This document shows positions 50,082 through 59,086 of a stretch of DNA of 64,000 bases, piece by piece. This DNA comes from an uncultured Verrucomicrobiae bacterium (GTDB taxonomy: Bacteria > Chlamydiota > Chlamydiia > Chlamydiales > Rhabdochlamydiaceae). The translations under genes and the position numbers were made by a program. Below the pieces are notes generated by a model, which worked only from the letters and a program-made list of their open reading frames with translations, was not told the origin of the DNA and did not search any database. The stretch is taken from contig CAVSUE010000001.1 in the NCBI GenBank assembly GCA_963731265.1, forward strand, positions 1-64,000, read 5' to 3'. The stretch's first letter is position 1; the number at the start of each line of letters is the position of its first letter.

Positions 50082-50929
50082 GCGGAAAAGTCAAAGCTGA
50101 AATGGTCAAAGAACTTCGTGATCGCAGCGGAGTGAGCATGGGAAAGTGCAAAGAAGCGCTCGACCAAGCCGGCGGCGACATGAACAAGGCCATCGACATT
50201 CTCCGCAAAACGGGGATGGCCTCTGCTGTCAAGAAGGAAGGGCGTGAGACTAATGAGGGTTTGATCGGTTCTGCGGAAGGACAAAATGCCATTGCTCTCA
50301 TCGAAGTGAATGCAGAGACCGACTTCGTCACTCAGAATGAGAAATTCAAGCAATTTTTAAAGGACGTTGCCCAAGTGGCGGCTGATTCGTCGGCATCTTC
50401 CTTGGAAAGCTTAATGAAGCAGCCTAATCCGAAAGACGAATCCATCACCCTTGAACAATACCGTGCGCTTGTCATTCAAAGCTTAGGCGAGAACATTCAA
50501 GTAAAACGTCTTTCTGTTTTGCCCAAGAGTTCTGACATTTCGGTCGGGCTCTATTCTCATATGGGCGGAAAGATTGTCGTCGCTGTTTTGTTGTCCGGGG
50601 GCGCAGGCCAAGAAGCTCTTGCCCGAGATATCGCGATGCACGTCGCTGCGGAATCTCCCGAGTATCTCGGTCCTGAAGACGTTCCTGCGGATGTGCGCGC
50701 TAAAGAAGAAGAAATTGCCCGCAGCCAAATGAAAGGAAAACCGGAAAATATCATTGAAAAGATCGTCGAAGGGAAAGTCAAAGCATTCTGCGATGAAGTG
50801 TGCTTGACCTGCCAAAAGTATGTGAAAGACAATACTATCACAATCTCTCAGCTTCTTGAAAAAGAAAGCAAGCGATTGGGCAAACAAATTAGCATCAATG
50901 CTTTTCATCGCTGGAAAGTGGGAGGATAG
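50078..50929 (+). CDS. tsf: elongation factor Ts
   Basis: VKELRDRSG..MGKCKEAL, EVNAETDFV and IAMHVAA. Confidence 0.97.
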   Translation: MSGKVKAEMVKELRDRSGVSMGKCKEALDQAGGDMNKAIDILRKTGMASAVKKEGRETNEGLIGSAEGQNAIALIEVNAETDFVTQNEKFKQFLKDVAQVAADSSASSLESLMKQPNPKDESITLEQYRALVIQSLGENIQVKRLSVLPKSSDISVGLYSHMGGKIVVAVLLSGGAGQEALARDIAMHVAAESPEYLGPEDVPADVRAKEEEIARSQMKGKPENIIEKIVEGKVKAFCDEVCLTCQKYVKDNTITISQLLEKESKRLGKQISINAFHRWKVGG

Positions 50930-50958
50930 TCCGCGTGCTCACCTCTCAAGCAGCTTAC

Positions 50959-51189
50959 ATACCGCGCGCAGGAAGGTTTTGTGAGTTTGGACTCTGCGAG
51001 GCAAAGCAAAATCGAAGCGATGCGGCCGAACGAGAAAGACAATTCCCGAATAGGGCTGCAACCATTAAAGGATGGTTGCAGGTCTCCTCGGAGTTCAAAC
51101 TCCGAAGAGACTGGAACGGCTGAAGAGGAGGATCGATTTTGCAAAGCGGCAGCCAGTCCAAATTCACAAAACCTGACGGAGCGCGGTAT
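50959..51189. mobile_element. 231-bp palindromic element inserted in the 5' end of pyrH
   Basis: Inverted ends ataccgcgc...aggttttgtga.tttggact / agtccaaattcacaaaacct...gcgcggtat; internal hairpins at 51056-51081 and 51082-51111. Confidence 0.88.
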
Positions 51190-51891
51190 AAGAGAGTCCT
51201 TCTGAAACTTTCAGGAGAAGCGCTGATGGGCGAGCAGAAATTTGGCGTTGAGCACCCAGCTTGTCAGCAGATAGCTCAAGCGATCAAAGAGGTCCACTGT
51301 CTTGGCGTCCAAATGGGAATTGTGGTCGGGGGCGGAAATATTTTCCGCGGCAGCCAGGCGGCCAGCTTCGGTTTTGCCCGAACGCCCGCCGACCATATTG
51401 GCATGTTGGCGACGACCATCAACGGTCTCGTCCTTCAGCAAACTTTGGCTAGTCTTGGGATAGAAAGCCGGGTCATGAGCGCCTTAAATATAGATCAGAT
51501 CGTCGAGCCATTCCATTGGGGCCGCGCCCTGCATTCGCTGCAAAAGGGGATCCCCGTCATCTTCGTCGGAGGAACGGGCAATCCTTACTTTACGACCGAT
51601 TCCGCAGCAGCCCTTCGCGCCAGTGAAATTCAAGCTGAAATTCTACTCAAAGCGACAAAAGTTGACGGCATTTTCAGCGAAGACCCAAAAAAAAATCCTC
51701 AAGCGATCAAATTCGACCGCCTCACTTACTCAGAAGTTCTCGCAAAGCAATTGAATGTGATGGACGCCACCGCGATCGCTTTGTGCCGCGAGAGCCAAAT
51801 ACCCATTTGTGTCTTTAATTTATTTGAACAGGGAGCGATGCTCAAAGCTGTTTGCGGACAGCCAAAAGGCTCGCTTGTCATGGGAGGTTAA
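51139..51891 (+). CDS. pyrH: UMP kinase (TTG start supplied by the inserted element; ancestral start GTG 50935)
   Basis: KRVLLKLSGEAL, VGGGNIFRG, GTGNPYFTTDSAAALRA and VMDATA. Confidence 0.93.
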   Translation: MQSGSQSKFTKPDGARYKRVLLKLSGEALMGEQKFGVEHPACQQIAQAIKEVHCLGVQMGIVVGGGNIFRGSQAASFGFARTPADHIGMLATTINGLVLQQTLASLGIESRVMSALNIDQIVEPFHWGRALHSLQKGIPVIFVGGTGNPYFTTDSAAALRASEIQAEILLKATKVDGIFSEDPKKNPQAIKFDRLTYSEVLAKQLNVMDATAIALCRESQIPICVFNLFEQGAMLKAVCGQPKGSLVMGG

Positions 51892-51893
51892 CA

Positions 51894-52448
51894 ATGACTA
51901 CAGTTACGGAACAGACAAAAGTGAAAATGCAAGCTGCGCTTGACCATTTTAAAACCGAGCTCAAAAATTTACGTTCCAACCGCGCGAATACGGCAATGCT
52001 CGATGGCGTCCTCGTCGAGGCTTATGGTTCGCAAATGCGCATCAAAGAACTTGCCAACGTCACAGTTCCCGAGCCCCGGCAAATCCTTATCAGCCCGTTT
52101 GATCCTCAGACTTCCGCTGCGATAGCAAAAGGTATTGAAAAAGCAAATTTGAATCTTCAGCCCGTTGTGGAAGGACAGGTCATCCGTATTAATGTCCCTC
52201 CCATGGATGAGTCCATGCGCAAGCAGATCGTCAAACAAGGTAAGCAAAAGGCCGAAGATTCCAAAATTGCCCTCCGTGACATCCGCCGTAAGAATAATGA
52301 ACTTGTCCGCAAGCAAAAGGCCGATGGCCTGGTTACAGAAGACGTCATGAAAAAAGAAGAAAAGGGCATCCAGGAGCTCACAGATAAATTCTGCAAAGAA
52401 GTCGATGACCTTTTCACCGCGAAGGAAAAGGAGATTATGACGGTCTAG
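51894..52448 (+). CDS. frr: ribosome recycling factor
   Basis: LRSNRA...VEAYGS, I.PFD and RDIRR motifs; follows pyrH. Confidence 0.96.
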   Translation: MTTVTEQTKVKMQAALDHFKTELKNLRSNRANTAMLDGVLVEAYGSQMRIKELANVTVPEPRQILISPFDPQTSAAIAKGIEKANLNLQPVVEGQVIRINVPPMDESMRKQIVKQGKQKAEDSKIALRDIRRKNNELVRKQKADGLVTEDVMKKEEKGIQELTDKFCKEVDDLFTAKEKEIMTV

Positions 52449-52614
52449 AGACCGATCTCGAATTAAGGCTTCGTCGATTTCCCGATTATTTTGGCCGCTT
52501 TTCGACTTTTTTTTGCGGGTGTAGTATATAAGGTAATACAACCCCCGCAAAAAAAGTCGAACATCGACTCAAAGGAACCCAAAAATAGACAGAAGATTAA
52601 TCGACAACAGCCTC
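52448..52614. mobile_element. palindromic MITE between frr and tRNA-Glu
   Basis: GAG...CTC ends; central ttcgac(t)ngcggg / cccgc(a)ngtcgaa hairpin; overlaps the frr stop. Confidence 0.75.
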
Positions 52615-52673
52615 TTAGCGCTTGAAAATAAACAAAGGCGCTATATAGAATAGTGTCTCTTTTTTAAAGAAAG

Positions 52674-52748
52674 GGCCCCATCGTCTAGCCTGGCCTAGGA
52701 CACCAGATTTTCATTCTGATAACAGGGGTTCGAATCCCCTTGGGGTCA
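52674..52748 (+). tRNA. tRNA-Glu(TTC)
   Basis: Acceptor ggcccca/tggggtc, anticodon TTC, GGTTCGAATCC. Confidence 0.95.
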
Positions 52749-52769
52749 CATTTTACTACGTGTCCATTC

Positions 52770-52842
52770 GAGACTTTAGCTCAGTCGGTAGAGCATCTCA
52801 CTTTTAATGAGAGGGTCGATGGTTCGAGTCCATCAAGTCTCA
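52770..52842 (+). tRNA. tRNA-Lys(TTT)
   Basis: Acceptor gagactt/aagtctc, anticodon loop CTTTTAA, GGTTCGAGTCC. Confidence 0.95.
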
Positions 52843-53236
52843 ATCCCAAAAAAATACCCAGCCAAAGGCTGGGTTTTTTTTTGGGATTGAGACTTGAGTG
52901 AGCCACGGTGTGGCTCATGTATGGACTCGAAGTGAAGCGGCCTTGAGCCGCGAACCGGACGGGCTATCAAGCAATCCCAAAAAAATACCCAGCCAAAGGC
53001 TGGGTTTTTTTTTGGGATTGAGACTTGAGTGAGCCACGGTGTGGCTCATGTATGGACTCGAAGTGAAGCGGCCTTGAGCCGCGAACCGGACGGGCTATCA
53101 AGCAATCCCAAAAAATACCCAGCCAAAGGCTGGGTATTTTTTGGGATTGAGACTTGAGTGAGCCACGGTGTGGCTCATGTATGGACTCGAAGTGAAGCGG
53201 CCTTGAGCCGCGAACCGGACGGACTCCCAAGTCTCA
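52841..53236 (+). repeat. three tandem ~131-bp structured tRNA-linked repeats
   Basis: Units start at 52841, 52972 and 53103 and are near-identical; the array ends in caagtctca, the tRNA 3' end. Confidence 0.92.
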
Positions 53237-53341
53237 TTTTCTGTTACGAAGCCTCAATGATAATATCTTACTGAACGATTGCATATAATTATTTATTCAC
53301 GCATAATCTTATCCAATCAATTCACAATTTTGCTGATTATT

Positions 53342-54448
53342 ATGAGCTCAAGAATAGACTTTACAATCTCTATCCCACCTCAATACACACTGCCTGTCGC
53401 TTCTCCTGTAACCCTATCTCAAACAATTGCTTCTCGGCCAGTTTCTGACTCAATTCGTCAGCGTGAGCAAACCTCTCAAGGAATCACAGGTTGTTTGAGC
53501 CCAATTTGGAAAGCGATTGTCGATTTCTTAAACAAAATATGGGAATGCTTCTGTTGCAAAAAGAAGAGTGAAATACTTACTCCAGATGAAATTGAGCGGC
53601 GCCGGGTAGTGCAAGAACAAGAGCTTGCGGTCTGGCAGACCCAGATGGGAAGGAGTTTAAGAGTTAGTGCAAATAATGGAGATGTCAGTTTTGTTGATTT
53701 GAGCGGAAGAATCGCTCGGCCAGGATGTTGTTCCGCACTTCAAATGGAGAGGATTCCCCAAATCGGCCACTATACGGAAAATTACCCTGTATTAAGTCGG
53801 CTTATCGCAGTAAAACTCCCAGCAAGACAATTGCAGCGGTTTCCAGACGCGATAAAAAATGAATTGGCAAATGTTGGTCCAGATAACTTAGATCTCTATT
53901 TTATAGTTTGGGAGGATATTCCGAGAATGTTCGAAGATGCCGGACAACCTGGAAAGAGAAATTTAATCTACCATCCCATTGCTTTTCCTAATGCGCAAAG
54001 AGGGGAAACGCATTGCCAAGATATGCCTATGGGGATCTTTGAGACAGAGGGCATCGAAGAAGCGCGCGGATCTCCAAACCAAGCCCTTCCTTTTAATCGC
54101 TTTGGTTTGCAAAATGTGCATATTCATCCTCAAGATTTGCCGTTTGGCCAAGCGATGGCTATATCGCCAGACCATGCACGCTTTCATTTGCCTGCCGACA
54201 GAAGTTGGAGTACCTTCCATAGCGCATGCAAATTCCCCAACAATCGGGCAGCGGCTGTCTTTGGAGTTATCATAGATTCTGATAATCGCACCCAGGAATC
54301 GAATGTTCTACTGCGTCCACTTGGTCAAAATCAGATCACCTTACAAGAATATAAGACCGTGATTCAAAATAGTCAGCTGGATCCTAACTTGAAGCGTAAA
54401 ATCGCCCATGTGCTGGATTTCTATACTGAAGGCCCTCAACACAACTGA
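53342..54448 (+). CDS. hypothetical protein, candidate secreted effector
   Basis: S/T/P-rich N-terminus and IWKAIVDFLNKIWECFCCKKK amphipathic/Cys motif. Confidence 0.7.
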   Translation: MSSRIDFTISIPPQYTLPVASPVTLSQTIASRPVSDSIRQREQTSQGITGCLSPIWKAIVDFLNKIWECFCCKKKSEILTPDEIERRRVVQEQELAVWQTQMGRSLRVSANNGDVSFVDLSGRIARPGCCSALQMERIPQIGHYTENYPVLSRLIAVKLPARQLQRFPDAIKNELANVGPDNLDLYFIVWEDIPRMFEDAGQPGKRNLIYHPIAFPNAQRGETHCQDMPMGIFETEGIEEARGSPNQALPFNRFGLQNVHIHPQDLPFGQAMAISPDHARFHLPADRSWSTFHSACKFPNNRAAAVFGVIIDSDNRTQESNVLLRPLGQNQITLQEYKTVIQNSQLDPNLKRKIAHVLDFYTEGPQHN

Positions 54449-55230
54449 TCAGATCATTTGCAAACTCTTTCGACTGCAGCTCCCTGTTCGTAGACGAAAT
54501 CTGCTTTCAGAACGGGGCTTTGCTCCCTTCCATTTGGCTGCGCCTTGCTGGCGCACCTTTGTTGAAGTAACGGGCTTTATCAATAAAGAGCCGAGTAGAT
54601 TGTGGTAAGAGAGGAATAGGATAGCAACGGACGAGGGTCAAGCCTCCTAAATGTTTAAAAATGAGGCGCTTGTGATTTTTTCTGCCATTGTAATTTTGCA
54701 TAATAGGAAGCAGAGGTTGTGTATTTTTAACGCTATTTCACTCCTCCCAAGCAAAGCTATTTTCTTTTTGGCTACGGGGTACTCGAAAATCGACTTGGCT
54801 TAAGGCAACTTACCCGGAAGCATATTGGGTGGACCTGTTAGATCCTGAATTATTCAGATTATTGTCAGCAGGCCCTGAAAGACTTCGTCTCTTACTTGAA
54901 GAGACCCCGAATAAAAAAATTGTGGTGATTGACGAAGTGCAAAAAATTCCCGAGCTGCTCAACGTTGTCCATAGTCTGATTGAAGAAAAAAGAGGGTAGC
55001 AGATTATTCTGACAGGCTCCAGTTCAAGGAAGCTCAAGCAACAAGGGGTGAATTTGTTAGCAGGCAGGGCCCTTCTAAAGCATATGCCCCCCTTTTTTGC
55101 AGGGGAGCTAGGAAGTTCGTTTGATTTAGCCAAGCATCTGCGTCATGGAATGCTATCTATTGTGATTGATTCTGAAGCGCCAGAAGAGGTCCTTCGCTGT
55201 TCCTAAAAACGTGTTCAAACGTGTTTATTT

Positions 55231-56760
55231 TTAATTTTGCTCTCTGATTGACCGTCCGGTTCGCGAGATTTCTCTCTTCCGGCTATGACGGGGTCTCGAT
55301 GGAGACGGTGGACGCATCTCCATTACGGTTTCTAGAGTCCTGCCTGGAACAGTCACGGGTTGCCCCGTTTCCAATCGGCGATGAAACCTGTCCAAAAGAA
55401 TGGTTTTTACTTGACGGTAAGGCGTATACCGTCCGATCTCAGGATCGCCAAATCTTCTGGCATAGTTCAGTGCGGCAATCCGGTCCGATATGTCCTCATG
55501 TCCACAATGCAGACATTGAAAGCGGTCGTTTTTGCGATTTCGATGATCCACAAATTCGCAAAAGGGACAGCTTTGAGAGCCGTAGGCCGGATTGACCTGC
55601 TCATGACGGAAACCTTCCGCCAACGCTTTAAAAGCAATTCGATCTTGTAGTTTACCTCTCAACCAGCTGGAGAGTCTTCTATTCATTTGTTTAGACTTGT
55701 CATACTTGAAAGTATGGCGCAAGTCTTCTGTGATTAAGAGGGAGGGATTTTTCGTTTGGATGAGTTGATTGATGGACGTGTTGATTTCTCTTTCCAATGT
55801 GGCCCTGAATCGTTTGGCAGCCGCATGGTGTTTTTGCTTGCCTAGATTATATTTTCTAAGGGATTTTGCCTTTTTGGGATTGGAAGTTGTCGGTTTCTTT
55901 TCCATGGCATGCAGCTTGTGACGTTTTTGCATTTTCTGGTGCCGATTTTCTGATACCTGTGTCAGTATTGTACCAAATTGAGTCCCATAACGAATGCCTT
56001 GGGTATCCGTCATGACTTCAGTATATCCAAAGTCAACAGCTTCGGGAGATGTCTTGGGAGGATTCTTCTTTTTTAATTCTTGAGGGATGTGAAAGTCGAC
56101 GTTTCCTTCTGACAAAACAAGGGTAATTGTGCCTGAAATAGGCGCTTTGCCGGATAAGGGGATACAAATCCTCTTACCGGGAATCAGAGACATGATTTTG
56201 ATGTACTGACGCCCTTTGTGCTCGAAAAGATCGTAACAGTTGGCATCGAACCGGACGCTTCTGGCTTTTTTTACAGTGGGTGGTTTTCCTTTGCAGAGTC
56301 TGGTGATCCTCCGCACATAGCCTGCAATATGCCTCCGGGAGAGATCATCAATGGGAAAGGACGGCTCCGGGCATTTCCCCTGCATCATGGCGGAAAACTG
56401 GGAATAACCTTTCAGAAGCCAATAGGCATAATGGCTCTCCGTCTCGGAGAGTGCTTTCCGATGGGAGATCTTTAAGCGGACTTTAACAAAAGTGGACTGC
56501 CAATATTTATCCCATGTTTCAGCTGCGTCATCAAGGGCAAGTTTCCAATGACGAGCCTGCAATTGGTTGGGTGAACGATAGCCTTGTTTGATTTTCTCAT
56601 CGCGAATCGCTCGGGGCCTTCCTAAATAGGGTTGACAATCCCAGGCTTGGAAGTGTTGCAGCCAAAGCCGTTTTTCACCAGTGTATGCCTGGCATAAGCT
56701 TTCAAGAGTTGTTTGTTTTTTTCCGTTGAGTGGAAGTGACCTACGCTTGACAGTTCTCAT
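55231..56760 (-). CDS. tnpB: RNA-guided endonuclease TnpB (509 aa)
   Basis: Near-identical to 42232..43761; D/E/D triad and Zn ribbon intact. Confidence 0.9.
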   Translation of the reverse strand: MRTVKRRSLPLNGKKQTTLESLCQAYTGEKRLWLQHFQAWDCQPYLGRPRAIRDEKIKQGYRSPNQLQARHWKLALDDAAETWDKYWQSTFVKVRLKISHRKALSETESHYAYWLLKGYSQFSAMMQGKCPEPSFPIDDLSRRHIAGYVRRITRLCKGKPPTVKKARSVRFDANCYDLFEHKGRQYIKIMSLIPGKRICIPLSGKAPISGTITLVLSEGNVDFHIPQELKKKNPPKTSPEAVDFGYTEVMTDTQGIRYGTQFGTILTQVSENRHQKMQKRHKLHAMEKKPTTSNPKKAKSLRKYNLGKQKHHAAAKRFRATLEREINTSINQLIQTKNPSLLITEDLRHTFKYDKSKQMNRRLSSWLRGKLQDRIAFKALAEGFRHEQVNPAYGSQSCPFCEFVDHRNRKNDRFQCLHCGHEDISDRIAALNYARRFGDPEIGRYTPYRQVKTILLDRFHRRLETGQPVTVPGRTLETVMEMRPPSPSRPRHSRKREISRTGRSIREQN

Positions 56761-57021
56761 TGTCTTTTGCCATTTAGATAATCTTTTTCTTGCAAAAAGA
56801 TTCTACAGCATTTTTCTATGAGATCAAATCCTTTTTTTGACCTACGCTCAACGCTCTGCAATAAGTGACCAACTATCGATTTTTGGGTTTTAGCCCAGTT
56901 ATCTGCACATACTGATCATGCGTATAACAACGCCGGTGGGCCTACGATCGTACCTTTATAGCATTTTCGTCGTCTGTCGGATTCACGAATCGAATTCATA
57001 TGGAGAATATGTGTTCTTCAT
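56741..57021 (-). pseudogene. tnpA: decayed IS607 tnpA
   Basis: The start (ATGAAGAACACATATTCTCC) and end match copy 1; large internal deletion and stop codons. Confidence 0.85.
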
Positions 57022-57711
57022 GACCGCATATTTTCACATATGCGTATGTTTTTGCACTACTATTAACTACTCTTATGTAGGCATCTATCTTAAGGAAGAG
57101 GTACAAGCGGAAGGGATTGTTCGCAATGTTGGGGATTTTGCTAGATTTTTGGAAGCGATGAGTTTTTCTCATGGGTCGCTGATTAATTCTTCAAATATTT
57201 CAAGGGAATGCCAATAGCACGGAAGACTGTCGATAGCTATTTATCCCTGTTAGGAGATTTACTCCTCTCCTTTCATTTGCAAGTTTTTCGAAAAAAAGCC
57301 AAAAGAAGCCTCATTCGTCATTCAAAATTCTATTTTTTTGATGCGGGTGTCTATAATTACATTCGACCTAAAAGTTTTTACGATGTCCAAAGTGAAACCG
57401 AGGGCGCTGCTCTCGAGAGATTAGTCGCTCACCACTTGAAGGGATGGGTTGATGCGCAATTAGAACAATACAGTCTTCACTTTTGGCAAACGACCTCTAA
57501 TGTGGAAGTGGATTTTATTGTTATGGGTCCTGATTGTTTTTATGCTATTGAAGTGAAGAATGGAACAGTCATTCACCCAGGAGATCTCCGGGGGTTAGAG
57601 CTATTTAAAGAAGATTATCCGGAAGCGACTCCAATTTTGCTTTATCGAGGAAGCATAGAATCAAATAGAGAGGCATTCTTTGCTGCCCGGTAGATGAATT
57701 TCTTTTACAAA

Positions 57712-58620
57712 TTAATCCGCAAAGGCTTCTTTAATCCTTTGGGTTTTGAAAAAATCCCAAATGAAATCGGTCGCATTGAAAAATCGGACATTATTGCCGG
57801 CAAATGGAATCGGCAACACATTACCCGCGCCCGCCCATTGATGGCCCAAGCCGTCAACAATAACGAATATCGCCTCGAGACTCTGTGGATTCGGCCCCCA
57901 AGTCGTGATAGTGACGCCTCGCTTTTTCGTCACCGTTTGCTGCGATTCGGCAAGCCCCAATAGGGGCAGCCATGGCTTAATCGAATCGATCATCGGCGCT
58001 TTCCAAAATTTTTCACCGCGTGCGTTTTTTCCTGTTCCGCCTTCCAGAGGATTCAGAGGGTCGGCCGATCCTGTAATCAACAACACCGACATGGGCCTTG
58101 CCGGTTTCGGATCTTTAATAAACAAAGGGCCTGACATGGGCGCAATCGCTGCAATCAAATCAGACAACTCGATTCCCGCCCGAAAGGACATTGAAGCTCC
58201 GCTCGAAAAACCGGTCACGTAAATCCGATGGGTATCCACCGAAAATCGCTGCGACACATCCTGGATGACATACTTTAAATAACCGATGTCGTCTGCGTGC
58301 GTCTGCCCGTTTTCCAATCCGTTGTTCCACACGTTGGGGTTGGATTTTGGATTTGAGGGCATTTTGACATCTAAGGGCATCGCTTCACCAAATGCGACAA
58401 TGAACCGCTCTTTGTCAGACTTGCCAACCCATTGAAGATATTCAGCGGCGTCTTTGGCATTGCCTCCCCACCAATGAAGGACGATGACCAAAGGCATTGG
58501 CTGCGAAGATTTCGGCACGCTGACCAAATAGCGGCGTTGCATTTCCTGGATTTCAAAATCAAAGGTTTGCATTGCGAAAACCTGGCTAAATAAAAGACAA
58601 AAAATAGTGATCCATCTCAT
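57712..58620 (-). CDS. secreted alpha/beta hydrolase (PHB depolymerase/LpqC-like esterase)
   Basis: PLVIVLH, DDIGYL, RIYVTGFSSG (GxSxG), G..DP and GLGHQW. Confidence 0.85.
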   Translation of the reverse strand: MRWITIFCLLFSQVFAMQTFDFEIQEMQRRYLVSVPKSSQPMPLVIVLHWWGGNAKDAAEYLQWVGKSDKERFIVAFGEAMPLDVKMPSNPKSNPNVWNNGLENGQTHADDIGYLKYVIQDVSQRFSVDTHRIYVTGFSSGASMSFRAGIELSDLIAAIAPMSGPLFIKDPKPARPMSVLLITGSADPLNPLEGGTGKNARGEKFWKAPMIDSIKPWLPLLGLAESQQTVTKKRGVTITTWGPNPQSLEAIFVIVDGLGHQWAGAGNVLPIPFAGNNVRFFNATDFIWDFFKTQRIKEAFAD

Positions 58621-58706
58621 GCATGATGAAATGGCAAAAGTTTGATAAGAAGTCAACCGGCAAAAGCCTAAACTATGCTCATCGATTTTGGCAAAGTCGT
58701 AGCCTG

Positions 58707-59048
58707 TCAATAATCAACCAATCTACGCGGGGGGTACATTACATGCGATTCAATGTTCTTCAATGTCGGCACAAGCTTAAGATCTTGATTGTAATCAAGA
58801 CTTATCATGGTTTTTGCGATGGCTTGAATATCGGGGTCTACTTGTTCTTTATCATCAATCAGGTGGTAAACTTGTAAAATCGATTTGGATTGGGGGTACC
58901 GCTCGTGTATTATGTTAAGACATTTTTCAACGAGTGCGATGGCTGCTTCCGGGTGGTACTGGCATAGGATTTCCAGGGCGCCGCATGTTGCAGTATAACA
59001 AGGGTAGGAAACTTCATACCCATTAGAGAGTGTAACTATTGGTGACAT
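58707..59048 (-). CDS. hypothetical protein
   Basis: ATG at 59048 with an upstream GAGG; 113 aa. Confidence 0.55.
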   Translation of the reverse strand: MSPIVTLSNGYEVSYPCYTATCGALEILCQYHPEAAIALVEKCLNIIHERYPQSKSILQVYHLIDDKEQVDPDIQAIAKTMISLDYNQDLKLVPTLKNIESHVMYPPRRLVDY

Positions 59049-59086
59049 GCGGCCTCTCAAAATGAATTTTTCTGTTTTCGACCAGT

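Larger units (their letters stand above)
55197..57069 (-). mobile_element. IS607-family element, copy 2 (non-autonomous: tnpA deleted, tnpB intact)
   Basis: Both ends and tnpB are nearly identical to copy 1; about 330 bp shorter. Confidence 0.92.
54719..57735 (+). pseudogene. AAA+ ATPase (DUF4143-type) pseudogene split by IS607 copy 2
   Basis: VVIDEVQK.P, LTGSSSRKL, LLAGRA, KFYFFDAG, EVDF..AIEVK; internal stops and frameshifts; the frame rejoins as VLR|SYVGIY. Confidence 0.85.

Noticed and set aside
51121..51123. Selenocysteine UGA in pyrH
   Set aside because: The UGA lies in inserted non-conserved sequence and is followed by a good SD and TTG, so re-initiation is more parsimonious.
4124..52550. 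Numerous antisense or alternate-frame ORFs over secA, mnmE, pbp2, rpsB, tsf, frr and others
   Set aside because: They are shadows of well-supported genes and carry no motifs of their own.
52967..53230. 87-aa ORF
   Set aside because: It is only a translation of the tandem repeat.
52841..53236. CRISPR array
   Set aside because: The units are identical tandem copies with no unique spacers, and no cas genes are present in the window.
54507..54701. Small minus-strand ORF with AGGAGG before a TTG
   Set aside because: No recognisable features, and it lies next to a decayed region.
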